Shown here: piece after piece, positions 17,733-26,259 of the stretch
How the letters are laid out: every line of letters starts with the position of its first letter
Position numbering within the stretch: the stretch's first letter is position 1
DNA from: Planctomycetota bacterium
GTDB taxonomy: Bacteria; Planctomycetota; JAJSAM01; JAJVHW01
Reading direction: 5' to 3'
Length of the DNA: 64,000 bases
NCBI GenBank assembly: GCA_965248445.1
Contig: CBDFJG010000003.1
Coordinates: 1,395,069-1,459,068, forward strand
Position numbers and translations under genes: made by a program
Notes under the pieces: model-generated
Database searches by the model: none
The model's input: only the letters and a program-made list of their open reading frames with translations
Told to the model about the DNA's origin: nothing

Positions 17733-19409
17733 CTAGCCCGAATCGTTCACCAGCCGGGAATCTGAGCGGGCCGTCGTCTGTCTAAGTGCTCGTACTCGCT
17801 AGTACTTGCACCGACAGGAGCGCCGGCCCGATGACGACAGACTGTAGCCCGCAGGGGACCCTCTTCGCGGGCATCTGTGGACGCACCGCGGTGACGCGCT
17901 TCGACGCCGGTACCGTGACGAGCGACGGGGGCGTGCTGCTGCTCGAGCGGACCGATCGTCGCATCGATCTGCTCTCGCGGTTTGCGCGCTGCTTCGGGGA
18001 CCACCGGGACCCGCGTCGGGTCGAGCACACGGTCGGCCAGATGCTGCGTCAGCGGGTCTTCGGGCTGTGCGCGGGCTACGAGGATCTGGTGGACCACGAC
18101 CATGTCGGCAAGGACCCGCTGTTTGCCGCGGCGTGCGGCAAGCGCGAGGGTGCTCTGGCCACGCACCCGACGCTCTCGCGGCTCGAGACCACGCAGCTCG
18201 GCGCCACGGCACAGACGCGCTACGCCAAGATCGAGATGGACCAGGAGCGCGTGGACAGCGTGCTCAGCGACGTCTTCTGCGAGGCCATGGGGCCGGAGGA
18301 TCCGGGCCTGCTCGTGCTGGACCTGGACCACTCCGACGTGCGGCTGCACGGCCGGCAGGAGGGCCGCTTCTTCCACGGCTACTACGGGCACTACTGCTAC
18401 CTGCCGCTGTACGTCTTCTGCGGCGAGCACCTCTTGCTCGCTCGGCTCCAGACCGCTGACAGAGATCCCGCGCGCGGAGTCGTGGACGAGCTCCGTGCGC
18501 TGGTCTTACGTCTGCGGCGCCGCTGGCCCCGGGCCAAGGTGCTCGTGCGCGCAGACTCGGGCTTTTGCCGCGAGGAGCTGATGGCCTGGTGCGAGGCCGC
18601 CGGCCACTTCTACCTGCTGGGCATGGCGCGCAATGAGCGCCTTGAGCGACACGTCGAAGACGCGCTCGATGAGGCCGCAGCCCGTGCCGTGCAGACCGGC
18701 CGAGCAGCCCGGGTCTTTCGCGACTTTGCCTGGACCACGCTGGGGAGCTGGAGCCAGAGGCGTCGCGTGGTCGCCAAGGCCGAGCACCTGCCGGGCGGCA
18801 AGCGCAATCCCCGCTTCGTGGTGACCAATCTGCCGCCTCGTAGCTGGAGCAGCAAGCGTCTCTACGAGCAGCTCTACTGCGCCCGGGGCGAGGCGGAGAA
18901 TCGCATCAAGGAGCAGCAGCTCGAGCTCTTCGGCACCCGTCTGTCGGTGCACACGATGCAGGGCAACGCCGTGCGGATGGCCATGTCGGCCATGGCCTAC
19001 GTCCTGACCTGTGCGCTGCGACGCATCGGTCTCGCCGGCACCGAGATGGCGCGTGCGCAAGCCGGCACGATCCGCCTGCGGCTGCTCAAGATCGGCGCGC
19101 TCGTGCGGATCACGACGCGCCGGATCTGGGTCTCGATGTCCTCGTCGTGGCCCTGGCAGCACGTCTTCGAGCGCTGCGCGCAACGACTGCTGGCATCCCC
19201 GAAGCCGACCTGACGTCCCGCCGCGCCGTCCGCCACACCACCGCCCGGCCTACGGTCTGCCCACACCGCAGAATCCGCGCCGTTTCGGCCGCTCACTCGC
19301 GTTGCCCTTGTGGCAACGACGACAGCATCCGCCCTCGCCTGGCCAAGATCTGACCCTGTGGACTCCGAAAGCACCGTCATCGCGACGTCTCGTGAACAGA
19401 TGCGGCTAG
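17733..19409 (+). mobile_element. IS1380-family insertion sequence
   Basis: Imperfect terminal inverted repeats CTAGCCCGAATCGTTCACCAG (17733..17753) and the reverse complement of 19389..19409, CTAGCCGCATCTGTTCACGAG (15 of 21 match). A direct repeat TCTCGGC lies 2 nt outside each end (17724..17730 and 19412..19418). Exact termini are uncertain by a few nt. Confidence 0.65.
17786..19213 (+). CDS. IS1380-family DDE transposase
   Basis: N-terminus FDAGTVTSDGGVLLLERTDRRIDLLSRFARCF.DHRDPRRVEH..MLRQRVFGLCAGYEDLVDHD is the IS1380 signature. Also LDLDHSD, GYYGHYCYLPLY, VRADSGF, and RGEAENRIKEQ. Confidence 0.9.
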   Translation: MLVLASTCTDRSAGPMTTDCSPQGTLFAGICGRTAVTRFDAGTVTSDGGVLLLERTDRRIDLLSRFARCFGDHRDPRRVEHTVGQMLRQRVFGLCAGYEDLVDHDHVGKDPLFAAACGKREGALATHPTLSRLETTQLGATAQTRYAKIEMDQERVDSVLSDVFCEAMGPEDPGLLVLDLDHSDVRLHGRQEGRFFHGYYGHYCYLPLYVFCGEHLLLARLQTADRDPARGVVDELRALVLRLRRRWPRAKVLVRADSGFCREELMAWCEAAGHFYLLGMARNERLERHVEDALDEAAARAVQTGRAARVFRDFAWTTLGSWSQRRRVVAKAEHLPGGKRNPRFVVTNLPPRSWSSKRLYEQLYCARGEAENRIKEQQLELFGTRLSVHTMQGNAVRMAMSAMAYVLTCALRRIGLAGTEMARAQAGTIRLRLLKIGALVRITTRRIWVSMSSSWPWQHVFERCAQRLLASPKPT

Positions 19410-19419
19410 TCTCTCGGCC

Positions 19420-20277
19420 ATGCACGAGACGACACTCCACTCAGAGCGCGCCTTCGCCGTCGGCGAACACATCTCGCTGGGCGCGACCTCCGATCCGTAT
19501 TCGCCCCTCGAGCGACAGACGCGGTCCACCCGCGCTTCCCTGCGGGAGTTCGCCCGAGAGGCCACGCGGGGAGACGGCCTGCGCATCTCGATCACGACCC
19601 GCTCCCCGCTCGTCACGCGCGACATCGACGTCTTGCGTCGCATCGCCCGAAGGAGCGCGGTGCACGCCAACATGGCCGTGACCACGCTCGACGCTCGCCT
19701 GGCCGAGGTGCTCGAACCGCAGGCACCCGAGCGACAAGAAAGTGGGCCGAAGGCGCGGCTCCGCGCCCTTCGGCGGCTCCGCGAAGCCGGGATCCGTGCT
19801 GGGCTGTACGTCGCGCCGTTCTTGCCCGGTGTGACGGACGTGGACGCCGAGATGACTGCACTCCTTCGCGGCGCACGAGACGCCGGGGCGCTGTGGGTCG
19901 GGTGGCAGGCCGATCACCTGCGGGAACCGGACCGCTCGGTGCTGCTGCGCGCGCTGAAGAACCGCTACCCGCGCGTCGGAGCGCGCTACGAGGTGTCGCT
20001 GCGATTTGGGACGCTGCGATCCGGCCCCGGTGGATCCGGCCCCGGTGGATCCGGCCCCGGTGGATCCGGCTTGGGGGGATCCGGCCCGAGGGGATCCGGC
20101 CCGGGGGGATCCGGCTCGGGGGGACTCGGGTCGCGGCGGGACGGCCGACTCGCGTGCGACGCGGAGCACCGGCTGCGCTGCATCGCGCGACGACTCGGTC
20201 TTGCCGCAGCGCCACACGGCCAGCTGCCCAGCCCGGAGCGCGTGGAGCAGGCTAAGTTCGCGTTCGGACGAGCATGA
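19420..20277 (+). pseudogene. radical-SAM (PA0069/Rv2578c-like) family remnant lacking the CxxxCxxC segment, with an internal Gly/Ser repeat
   Basis: ISLGATSDPYSPLE, ISITTRSPLVTRDIDVL, VTTLDARLAEVLEPQAP, LREAGIRAGLYVAPFLPGVTD match the core and C-terminal parts of that family, but no Cys triad exists upstream. The IS1380 sits immediately 5'. Confidence 0.5.
20020..20124. repeat. 15-bp tandem repeat, 7 units (TCCGGCCCCGGTGGA and variants)
   Basis: Read directly. In frame it encodes GPGGS-like pentapeptides (SGPGGSGPGGSGPGGSGLGGSGPRGSGPGGSGSGG). Confidence 0.9.
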
Positions 20278-20287
20278 CGGAACGCCG

Positions 20288-21067
20288 CTAAGGGCTGATG
20301 CCGCGCACCGCGGCCAGGATCGCGTCCGGGTCCGCGCGGTCGGCGACGTCCTCTCCGACGCGCACCCAGGTAATCCGCCCCTCGGCATCCAGCACGATGG
20401 TGGTCGGATACGGCACGGGTCCGCGGCCGAACGGCTCGGGGTGCACGACGCCTAGGCTCGTCGCAACCGTGGCCTCCGGGTCGGAGATTATCGGAAACTC
20501 GAGACCCAGGTCCGCGGCCAACTCGGCCGCTCCCTCGGGCGAGTCCGTGCCGATCGCGACCACACTGGCCGATGTCCCGAGCTCGTCCGCGACGCCTTGG
20601 AGCTGCACCAGCTCCGCCTGGCAGAAGTCTCACCAGTGTCCGCGGTAGAGCATCACGACCGCCGGGCGGCCGGCGAGATCGCGCACGGACATCTCCCCGC
20701 CGCCCACAGCGGGCAGCGGATCCTGGAATCCCACCAGTGGCTGGCCGACCTCTGTGTGCGGCGGGCCCGAGATCGCGGGAAGAGCGAGGAAGTAGAGGAG
20801 CGTGGCGCCGAGAAGCGCGGCGAGACCGGCATTCAGCACGAGGGCCGGCGCGAGTGACGGCAACGAGACCGGCGGTTTGACCCTCCGCCGGCCTCCGAAA
20901 GCCACGATCCCGAGGATGAAGCCCGCCGTTGCCAGCATGGCCGCCGTCCAGGCGATCGAGACCTCGAGACGGAGCTGGATGAGCTCCAGCCACAAGACCG
21001 TGAGCACCATCCCCACGGCGAACGCCGCGTAGGAGATGAAACGAACCAGGCGCGGACGACTGCTCAT
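20288..21067 (-). CDS. membrane-anchored peroxiredoxin-like/redoxin protein with in-frame TGA at the first Cys of the CxxC motif (candidate selenoprotein; alternatively a nonsense pseudogene)
   Basis: ORFs 20630..21121 and 20288..20608 share one frame. The junction reads AVVMLYRGHW-TGA-DFCQAELVQLQ, where related redoxins carry WCPxC. The downstream part (VVAIGTDSPE...LEFPIISDPE...PTTIVLDAEGRI) is the rest of the thioredoxin fold. The N-terminus has three hydrophobic segments. Confidence 0.6.
20599..20615 (-). promoter_or_regulatory. SECIS-like hairpin 14 nt downstream of the in-frame UGA
   Basis: Minus strand reads GGAGCUG-GUG-CAGCUCC, a perfect 7-bp stem with a G/U-containing apical loop about 21 nt from the UGA. 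Confidence 0.45.
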
Positions 21068-21145
21068 GCGACTACCAACTCCCCATCGACCGATCCTCTT
21101 CCCGGCAGCGCGCCGGCGCACGCGGATTCTGGCGATCCGTCGTGA

Positions 21146-22132
21146 TCAGTCCTGATCCCGTCGCATGAGCTCGCGTGGATACGGACGCAGGTAGGTCTGG
21201 TTCCGTGCCCAGTCACGCTCGGGGAGAAGCCGCAGGCGATCCGCGAGCAGCGCCAGGGGGACCTGCAGCGGCTCCGCACCCGACCCGTACGCGTCGATGG
21301 CGCCCGCCAGCTCCGCACGGTCAGGTGTGTCGAGCCGCCCCGAGACATGCCCGGCGAAGTGCCGCAGCACGTTCACGTGGCGCCCGCGCGTCGCGTGGAC
21401 GGACAGGCAGTCCATGAGCAGGTCTCCGTACGCATCGACTGTCCGGTTGATGCCGGCATCCCCGACTCCCGCAACCAGCCCATCGAGTGCTCGATAGCTC
21501 GCTGGCGAGTGTGAGAGCAGCTGGTACTTGTGCTGCGCGTGAAAGTGGATCAGGTCGCGGGCCCGTGGTGCGATCGACAGCAGCTCGCGCCAGCGGCGCC
21601 GCGCGAACACGCGCTCCACGAACGACTCGCGCAGGGAGGGATCATCCAGCCGGCCTTCTTCCTCTACCGGCAGCGCCGGGAGCCCGTCGGCGCCCACGCC
21701 GGCGAAGAGGCCGCGACCCTCGTGCTTGGCCGGCTTCGTCGGTCCGGGATAGACCTTCACCCGGAAGAGCCCGCACGACGGCGAGTTGCTCTTGAACAGG
21801 TAGCCGTCGAGTCCGGCAACGCGCAGGCCACCGACGCGCTGCGCCGACCACGCAGACATCTCGTCGGTGAGGTCCCGCCGAGACTCGTTGGCGATCATCC
21901 GCGGTGACTCCGCGGTCCCTTCGAGGCGGACCGACTCGCGCGGGACGCCGAGTCCGAACTCGACCTCGGGACACACGGGGACCCCGTCGCAGAACTTCCC
22001 GAGCACATCGGTAGCGAACGGGTCGCGCTTGTGCCCGCCGTCGTGGCGGACCCGCTCACCCAGCAGACACGCGCTCACGCCCAGCCTCGGCCGGTCCGGA
22101 GCATCGGATACGCGGGTCTCGTCGGAGGTCAT
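21146..22132 (-). CDS. DUF523 (TudS-like Fe-S) / DUF1722 (YbgA-like) fusion protein
   Basis: RLGVSACLLGERVRHDGGHKRD (DUF523 N-terminus), then FHAQHKYQLLSHSPASYRALDGLV... (DUF1722). The ATG at 22132 was chosen; the track ORF starts 39 codons earlier. Confidence 0.75.
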   Translation of the reverse strand: MTSDETRVSDAPDRPRLGVSACLLGERVRHDGGHKRDPFATDVLGKFCDGVPVCPEVEFGLGVPRESVRLEGTAESPRMIANESRRDLTDEMSAWSAQRVGGLRVAGLDGYLFKSNSPSCGLFRVKVYPGPTKPAKHEGRGLFAGVGADGLPALPVEEEGRLDDPSLRESFVERVFARRRWRELLSIAPRARDLIHFHAQHKYQLLSHSPASYRALDGLVAGVGDAGINRTVDAYGDLLMDCLSVHATRGRHVNVLRHFAGHVSGRLDTPDRAELAGAIDAYGSGAEPLQVPLALLADRLRLLPERDWARNQTYLRPYPRELMRRDQD

Positions 22133-22242
22133 CTGCTCATTCTCCGCGCGGAATCCTGTAGGCGTGAGACCCCTGTCCCGTTTCCGATCATGGGTCGCAC
22201 GAGGACGCAGGTCGCGTTCGCGTCGCCCCGGAGGTTCCTGCC

Positions 22243-22674
22243 ATGCCATATCCCGAAGAGATGGTCGCCCCTATGCGCGCCGAGGTCGTGGACCTGGGCG
22301 TCCAGGAGCTCCGTACCGCCGCCGACGTCAAGGAGGCCATGGCCGACTCGACGGGGACGTCACTGTACTTCATCAACTCGGTCTGTGGCTGCGCCGCAGG
22401 CTCGGCGCGACCCGGCCTCGCCGCGTCGCTGCGCAACCCGAAGCGTCCCGATCGCATCTACACCGTGTTCGCGGGCCAGGACGCGGAGGCGACGGCCGAG
22501 GTGCGCAACAACATCCTCGGCATCCCGCCGAGCTCGCCGGCGATCGCGCTGTTCAAGAACGGCGCCCTGGTCGAGATGGTCGAGCGCCATCACATCCAGG
22601 GCGCATCGCCCGAGCAGCTCGGTCAGAGCCTGGCCGGTCTCTACGACGAGCACTGCTCATCGTCCGGAGTCTAG
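22243..22674 (+). CDS. bacilliredoxin-like protein (BrxA/BrxB, YphP/YqiW, DUF1094)
   Basis: MPYPEEMVAPMRAEV..ELRTAADV...SLYFINSVCGCAAGSARPG...FAGQD...IALFKNGALV: family pattern with the CGC redox motif. Confidence 0.8.
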   Translation: MPYPEEMVAPMRAEVVDLGVQELRTAADVKEAMADSTGTSLYFINSVCGCAAGSARPGLAASLRNPKRPDRIYTVFAGQDAEATAEVRNNILGIPPSSPAIALFKNGALVEMVERHHIQGASPEQLGQSLAGLYDEHCSSSGV

Positions 22675-22729
22675 GCGCCCGGCGTCTAGGCGGTTCGACG
22701 CTGCAGCGGGCGGGGGTGGAACCCCGCCC

Positions 22730-23254
22730 CTACGAACTCGGGAACGCTTGCGCGTGCCAGGACTCGTGGAACGGCAGCTCGAACTGCCCGCCGCGCCACG
22801 ACTCCATCCGTGAGATGGCCGTGTCGAACACGGGCGTGTTGGCACCGATCTCGCCTGAGGCCACCTTCTCGGCGAACTCGTGCCGTCGGAGCGACGCAAC
22901 CGCGCCGTCACTTGCGCGGTAGTGCATCGTCATGCGGTCGACGAGCTTGAGCCCCGTCTCGCGCTCGAGCCGCATGATGAACGACATCATGGCGTCGACG
23001 CTGCAGCCGTCCATGCCGATGCGCGTCTCGTCCGACCCGACGAACAGGAATCGGTCCTCGACCAGTTCGTAGCAGCCGCGGATCTCCGCCTGCTTCATGA
23101 CCCACTTCTCGAGCACCTTGTCCATCACCGCCACGAGTTGCTTGCGCTCCTCGGGCGTGAAGGCACGCGGCGCGGCGTACACCCAGATGCGCGCATCGTC
23201 TCCGAGCGCTTCGAACGTGGTCTTCGTGTCGCGGCTGGGTGCTGGTCCGGGCAT
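22730..23254 (-). CDS. conserved hypothetical protein (174 aa)
   Basis: Clean ORF: ARIWVYAAPRAFTPEE...LEKWVMKQAEIRGCYELVEDRFLFVGSDETRIGMDGCSVDAMMSFIMRLE. Resembles a widespread uncharacterised family. No function assigned. Confidence 0.65.
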   Translation of the reverse strand: MPGPAPSRDTKTTFEALGDDARIWVYAAPRAFTPEERKQLVAVMDKVLEKWVMKQAEIRGCYELVEDRFLFVGSDETRIGMDGCSVDAMMSFIMRLERETGLKLVDRMTMHYRASDGAVASLRRHEFAEKVASGEIGANTPVFDTAISRMESWRGGQFELPFHESWHAQAFPSS

Positions 23255-23347
23255 GCCCCTGTCCTAACCGCTCAGGAGGCCGCTCACCCAGTCGATTACG
23301 GGCCGGGCAATCGGCAATGAGCGAGCCGGACGGGCTTCAAGCGGCAG

Positions 23348-24304
23348 GTGCGCGCAACCGATCTCGATCCCATGGGAACGCGCACTGTCGAACGGGAGAC
23401 CGCCGGGCTCGCAGAGCGAGACGCTCTCCCTAGACGACCGCGCGGGGCGCACGCCCGCGTGGTGCTGGGGCGCCTCGCGCTTGGAGCACTCGGCTGGGCC
23501 GTCCTGGCCCCGATGGCGCCCGCCTTCGTTCCTGAGGGCGCCGCTCGGTCGACGGTGGAACGCTGCATCTCCGAGCCCGTGCGGGACGGTTGGAGCTGGG
23601 CGATCGGATGGACCCGCGGTCCCACGTGCTGCGGAGGCGACGAGACGAGCGCAATCGTGACACTCAGGAGCCTCCACTCGGCCCAGACTCGCTTCCAGGA
23701 TGCCGCGATCATCGACTTGGATCGCGACGGTGTAGGTGAGTTCGGGTCGCTGAGCGAGATGAGCGGAGGAGTCGCCGTACGAGGCAGCGATGCCTGCGAG
23801 GCGGGATGCAGGAAACACGTCCACCGGACCGGCGACGCAGCGGAACCGTGCATCCGGAGGCCGAACAGCTGCAGCCCTCACCGTGCCGTGGAGGGCGCCG
23901 TACGTAGCGCTCTGTTGTCCGGAGTCTTTCGAAACGCCGATCGCTTCGGCGTGGTGATGCGGAGCGGATTCTCGTTTCGCGTGTATCTGATCGATTCCGA
24001 GGGATCCCCGGTCTCACCGGACTGCCGCGGCATGACCAGTGACCGCGTGACCGCTGACTCGGGAGAGAGCCGCTGGATTGCGTATGCGTGGCCGAACAAC
24101 CCATCGGGCGAGTACGCGAACCGCACGTTCGCGGTCGACCAGACCGGGAGTATTTCGTGGACACGCAATTCCGCCTATCTGGGTTCGCGCTTCGGGCCTC
24201 CGGCCGGCGCCGCGCTCGGGGGCGGGGGCTTCGACGCGGCGGGCGGCGCACTCGTCACCGCGGGCGTGGGACAAGACGGCGCGACATGGACGGACGCCTA
24301 CTGA
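23348..24304 (+). CDS. hypothetical secreted protein with pseudopilin-like segment
   Basis: ETSAIVTLRSLHSAQTRFQ...DRDGVGEFGSLSEMSG...GFSFRVYL...WIAYAWP resembles the body of PulG/DUF1559-type proteins, but no prepilin cleavage/methylation motif is seen. Start uncertain. Confidence 0.45.
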   Translation: MRATDLDPMGTRTVERETAGLAERDALPRRPRGAHARVVLGRLALGALGWAVLAPMAPAFVPEGAARSTVERCISEPVRDGWSWAIGWTRGPTCCGGDETSAIVTLRSLHSAQTRFQDAAIIDLDRDGVGEFGSLSEMSGGVAVRGSDACEAGCRKHVHRTGDAAEPCIRRPNSCSPHRAVEGAVRSALLSGVFRNADRFGVVMRSGFSFRVYLIDSEGSPVSPDCRGMTSDRVTADSGESRWIAYAWPNNPSGEYANRTFAVDQTGSISWTRNSAYLGSRFGPPAGAALGGGGFDAAGGALVTAGVGQDGATWTDAY

Positions 24305-24311
24305 GCTGCGG

Positions 24312-24716
24312 TCATCCCGAGGTCCGCGGCTCGCGACGCTTGGTCTTTTTCGGCTTCCTCGGCTTCTTCGGCTTCTTCTTCGGAGGCAGCGTGCGCGTCC
24401 AGGTTGCCGACCGGTCGAACCAGGACGCGAGCTTCGGGAGATCGACGTGCCAGGCGGCGGGCAGGACCACGTACTCCTTCATGGGGCGTCCCCCCATCGG
24501 ATCGAAGCGCGACGCGCCCTTGATCGCGAGGAGCTCGTCGCGCTCCTCCTCCGGCAGGCGCACGAAGAGCTGCTTGCCGAAGATCCCGGCGAACATGTTC
24601 CCGCCGACGAAGCCGGCGGCATTGCCGAACATCTTCTTCACCTCGGCGCCGTCCACCGCCGCGACGAGTTGGTCGAGTAGCTCCCGCGTCCCGGGGTCGG
24701 CCTTCGCGAATCCCAT
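24312..24716 (-). CDS. TfoX/Sxy N-terminal domain protein with Lys-rich tail
   Basis: VKKMFGNAAGFVGGNMFAGIFGKQLFVRLPEEERDELL...FDPMGGRPMKEYVVLP is the TfoX_N pattern. The C-terminus is PPKKKPKKPRKPKKTKRR. Confidence 0.7.
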   Translation of the reverse strand: MGFAKADPGTRELLDQLVAAVDGAEVKKMFGNAAGFVGGNMFAGIFGKQLFVRLPEEERDELLAIKGASRFDPMGGRPMKEYVVLPAAWHVDLPKLASWFDRSATWTRTLPPKKKPKKPRKPKKTKRREPRTSG

Positions 24717-24737
24717 GCGATCCTCCGTGCTCGTCCG

Positions 24738-25367
24738 TCAGATGATGACGGGTGGCGTGTGGTGCGTCCCTCGGTAAGGCAAGCGCCGCAACACCTCGAC
24801 GCGGAACGAACCGTCGTCGCGGATGACCTCTCGCAACAGATAGGGACCCGACTTGGCGCCCGAGCTGAGCCACACCGGCCGATCAAAGTGCCACTCGTCG
24901 CCGTGTCTCTCGGCCGACGAGAACTCCGGGATGCCCCAGGCTTCCGCGTCCTCCGCCAGGAACGTGGCGGCGCCGTAGAAGCGCCGGCGTTCGCGTTCAA
25001 AGACCAACGGTGTCCCGGCGATCCGCACGTTCAGCGCCCGAATCAGGCCGAACGCTTGAAGCGCATCCACATCGGTGTCGCGCGGCCGCATCAGTGTCAG
25101 CGCTTGCGCCGGCGTTCGAATCAGATACAGATCCCCGTCGTGCTCGATCGCGCTCGATCGCGGCGGGATGATCACGTGGCGCTGGGCCACGTCGAAGACC
25201 TGAACACCGTCTTGCAGGAATGGGTGCGACAAGGCGCGTCCGCGACGCCACTTCGCGTCCTCGATCGGCGGATGGCTCGTGATCTCCGAGATCGGTGAGT
25301 CACCGGTCGACGCGCAGGCGCCGAGCGCCAGAATCACCAACAGCACCGCCGTCACCGCGTTTCGCAT
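24738..25367 (-). CDS. hypothetical lipoprotein
   Basis: MRNAVTAVLLVILALGAC lipobox at the chosen ATG. The remainder has ordinary globular composition. Confidence 0.6.
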   Translation of the reverse strand: MRNAVTAVLLVILALGACASTGDSPISEITSHPPIEDAKWRRGRALSHPFLQDGVQVFDVAQRHVIIPPRSSAIEHDGDLYLIRTPAQALTLMRPRDTDVDALQAFGLIRALNVRIAGTPLVFERERRRFYGAATFLAEDAEAWGIPEFSSAERHGDEWHFDRPVWLSSGAKSGPYLLREVIRDDGSFRVEVLRRLPYRGTHHTPPVII

Positions 25368-25386
25368 GGCCGTCAGCGTGGTTCCG

Positions 25387-26205
25387 TCAGCTCTCGAAAA
25401 TCTGCGCGATGCCGCCGAGCACGGAGCCCTCGCCCTTGCTCGAGCCGCCGGCGCGTGGCGCGTGGGCAATGATCGTGTTGGCGAGGCGCGAGAACGGGAG
25501 GCTCTGCAGCCAGACGCGGCCGTGGCCGCTGAGCGTCGCGAGGAACAGGCCTTCGCCGCCGAACAGCATCGACTTGAGGCCGCCCGCCCGCTCGATGTCG
25601 TATTCGATGCTCGGGCTGAACGCGACGATGCAGCCCGTGTCTACGCGCAGCGTCTCGCCGTTCAGCTCGCGCTCGACGACGGTTCCGCCCGCGTGCATGA
25701 AGGCCATGCCGTCACCCTGCAGGCGCTGCAGGATGAAGCCCTCGCCGCCGAAGAACCCGGCGCCGAGCTTCTTCTGGAACGCGATCGTGACCTGCGTACC
25801 GAGCGCGGCGCACAGGAACGCGTCCTTCTGGCAGATCAGGTCGCCGCCGACGTCATCGAGGTCGGTGGCGATGATCTTGCCGGGATACGGCGCGGCGAAC
25901 GCGACGTGCCGCTTGCGGTCACCGTTGTTGGTGAAGTGCGTCATGAAGATTGACTCGCCCGTGAGCACGCGCTTGCCGACCTGCAGGAGCTTGCCGAAGA
26001 TGCCCTTGTCGGGCTGCGCGCCGTCGCCCATGCGCGCTTCGAAGGAGATGCCGTCCTCCATGTAGTTCATGGCGCCGGCCTCGGCGATCACTGTCTCGCC
26101 CGGGTCGAGCTCGATCTCGACCATCTGCAGATCGTCTCCGATGATCTGGAAGTCCACCTCGTGACTGCGCATACCGCCCCCTGTGTTCGCCAGCTCGGAC
26201 ATCAC
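25387..26205 (-). CDS. AIM24/TIGR00266 (DUF124) family protein
   Basis: [46 protein letters not shown]...[23 protein letters not shown]...[21 protein letters not shown]. Confidence 0.8.
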   Translation of the reverse strand: MMSELANTGGGMRSHEVDFQIIGDDLQMVEIELDPGETVIAEAGAMNYMEDGISFEARMGDGAQPDKGIFGKLLQVGKRVLTGESIFMTHFTNNGDRKRHVAFAAPYPGKIIATDLDDVGGDLICQKDAFLCAALGTQVTIAFQKKLGAGFFGGEGFILQRLQGDGMAFMHAGGTVVERELNGETLRVDTGCIVAFSPSIEYDIERAGGLKSMLFGGEGLFLATLSGHGRVWLQSLPFSRLANTIIAHAPRAGGSSKGEGSVLGGIAQIFES

Positions 26206-26259
26206 TCACCTCCCGTTGCGATCGGGCCATCCGATGCAACCCCTCAGATACTGCCGGGT

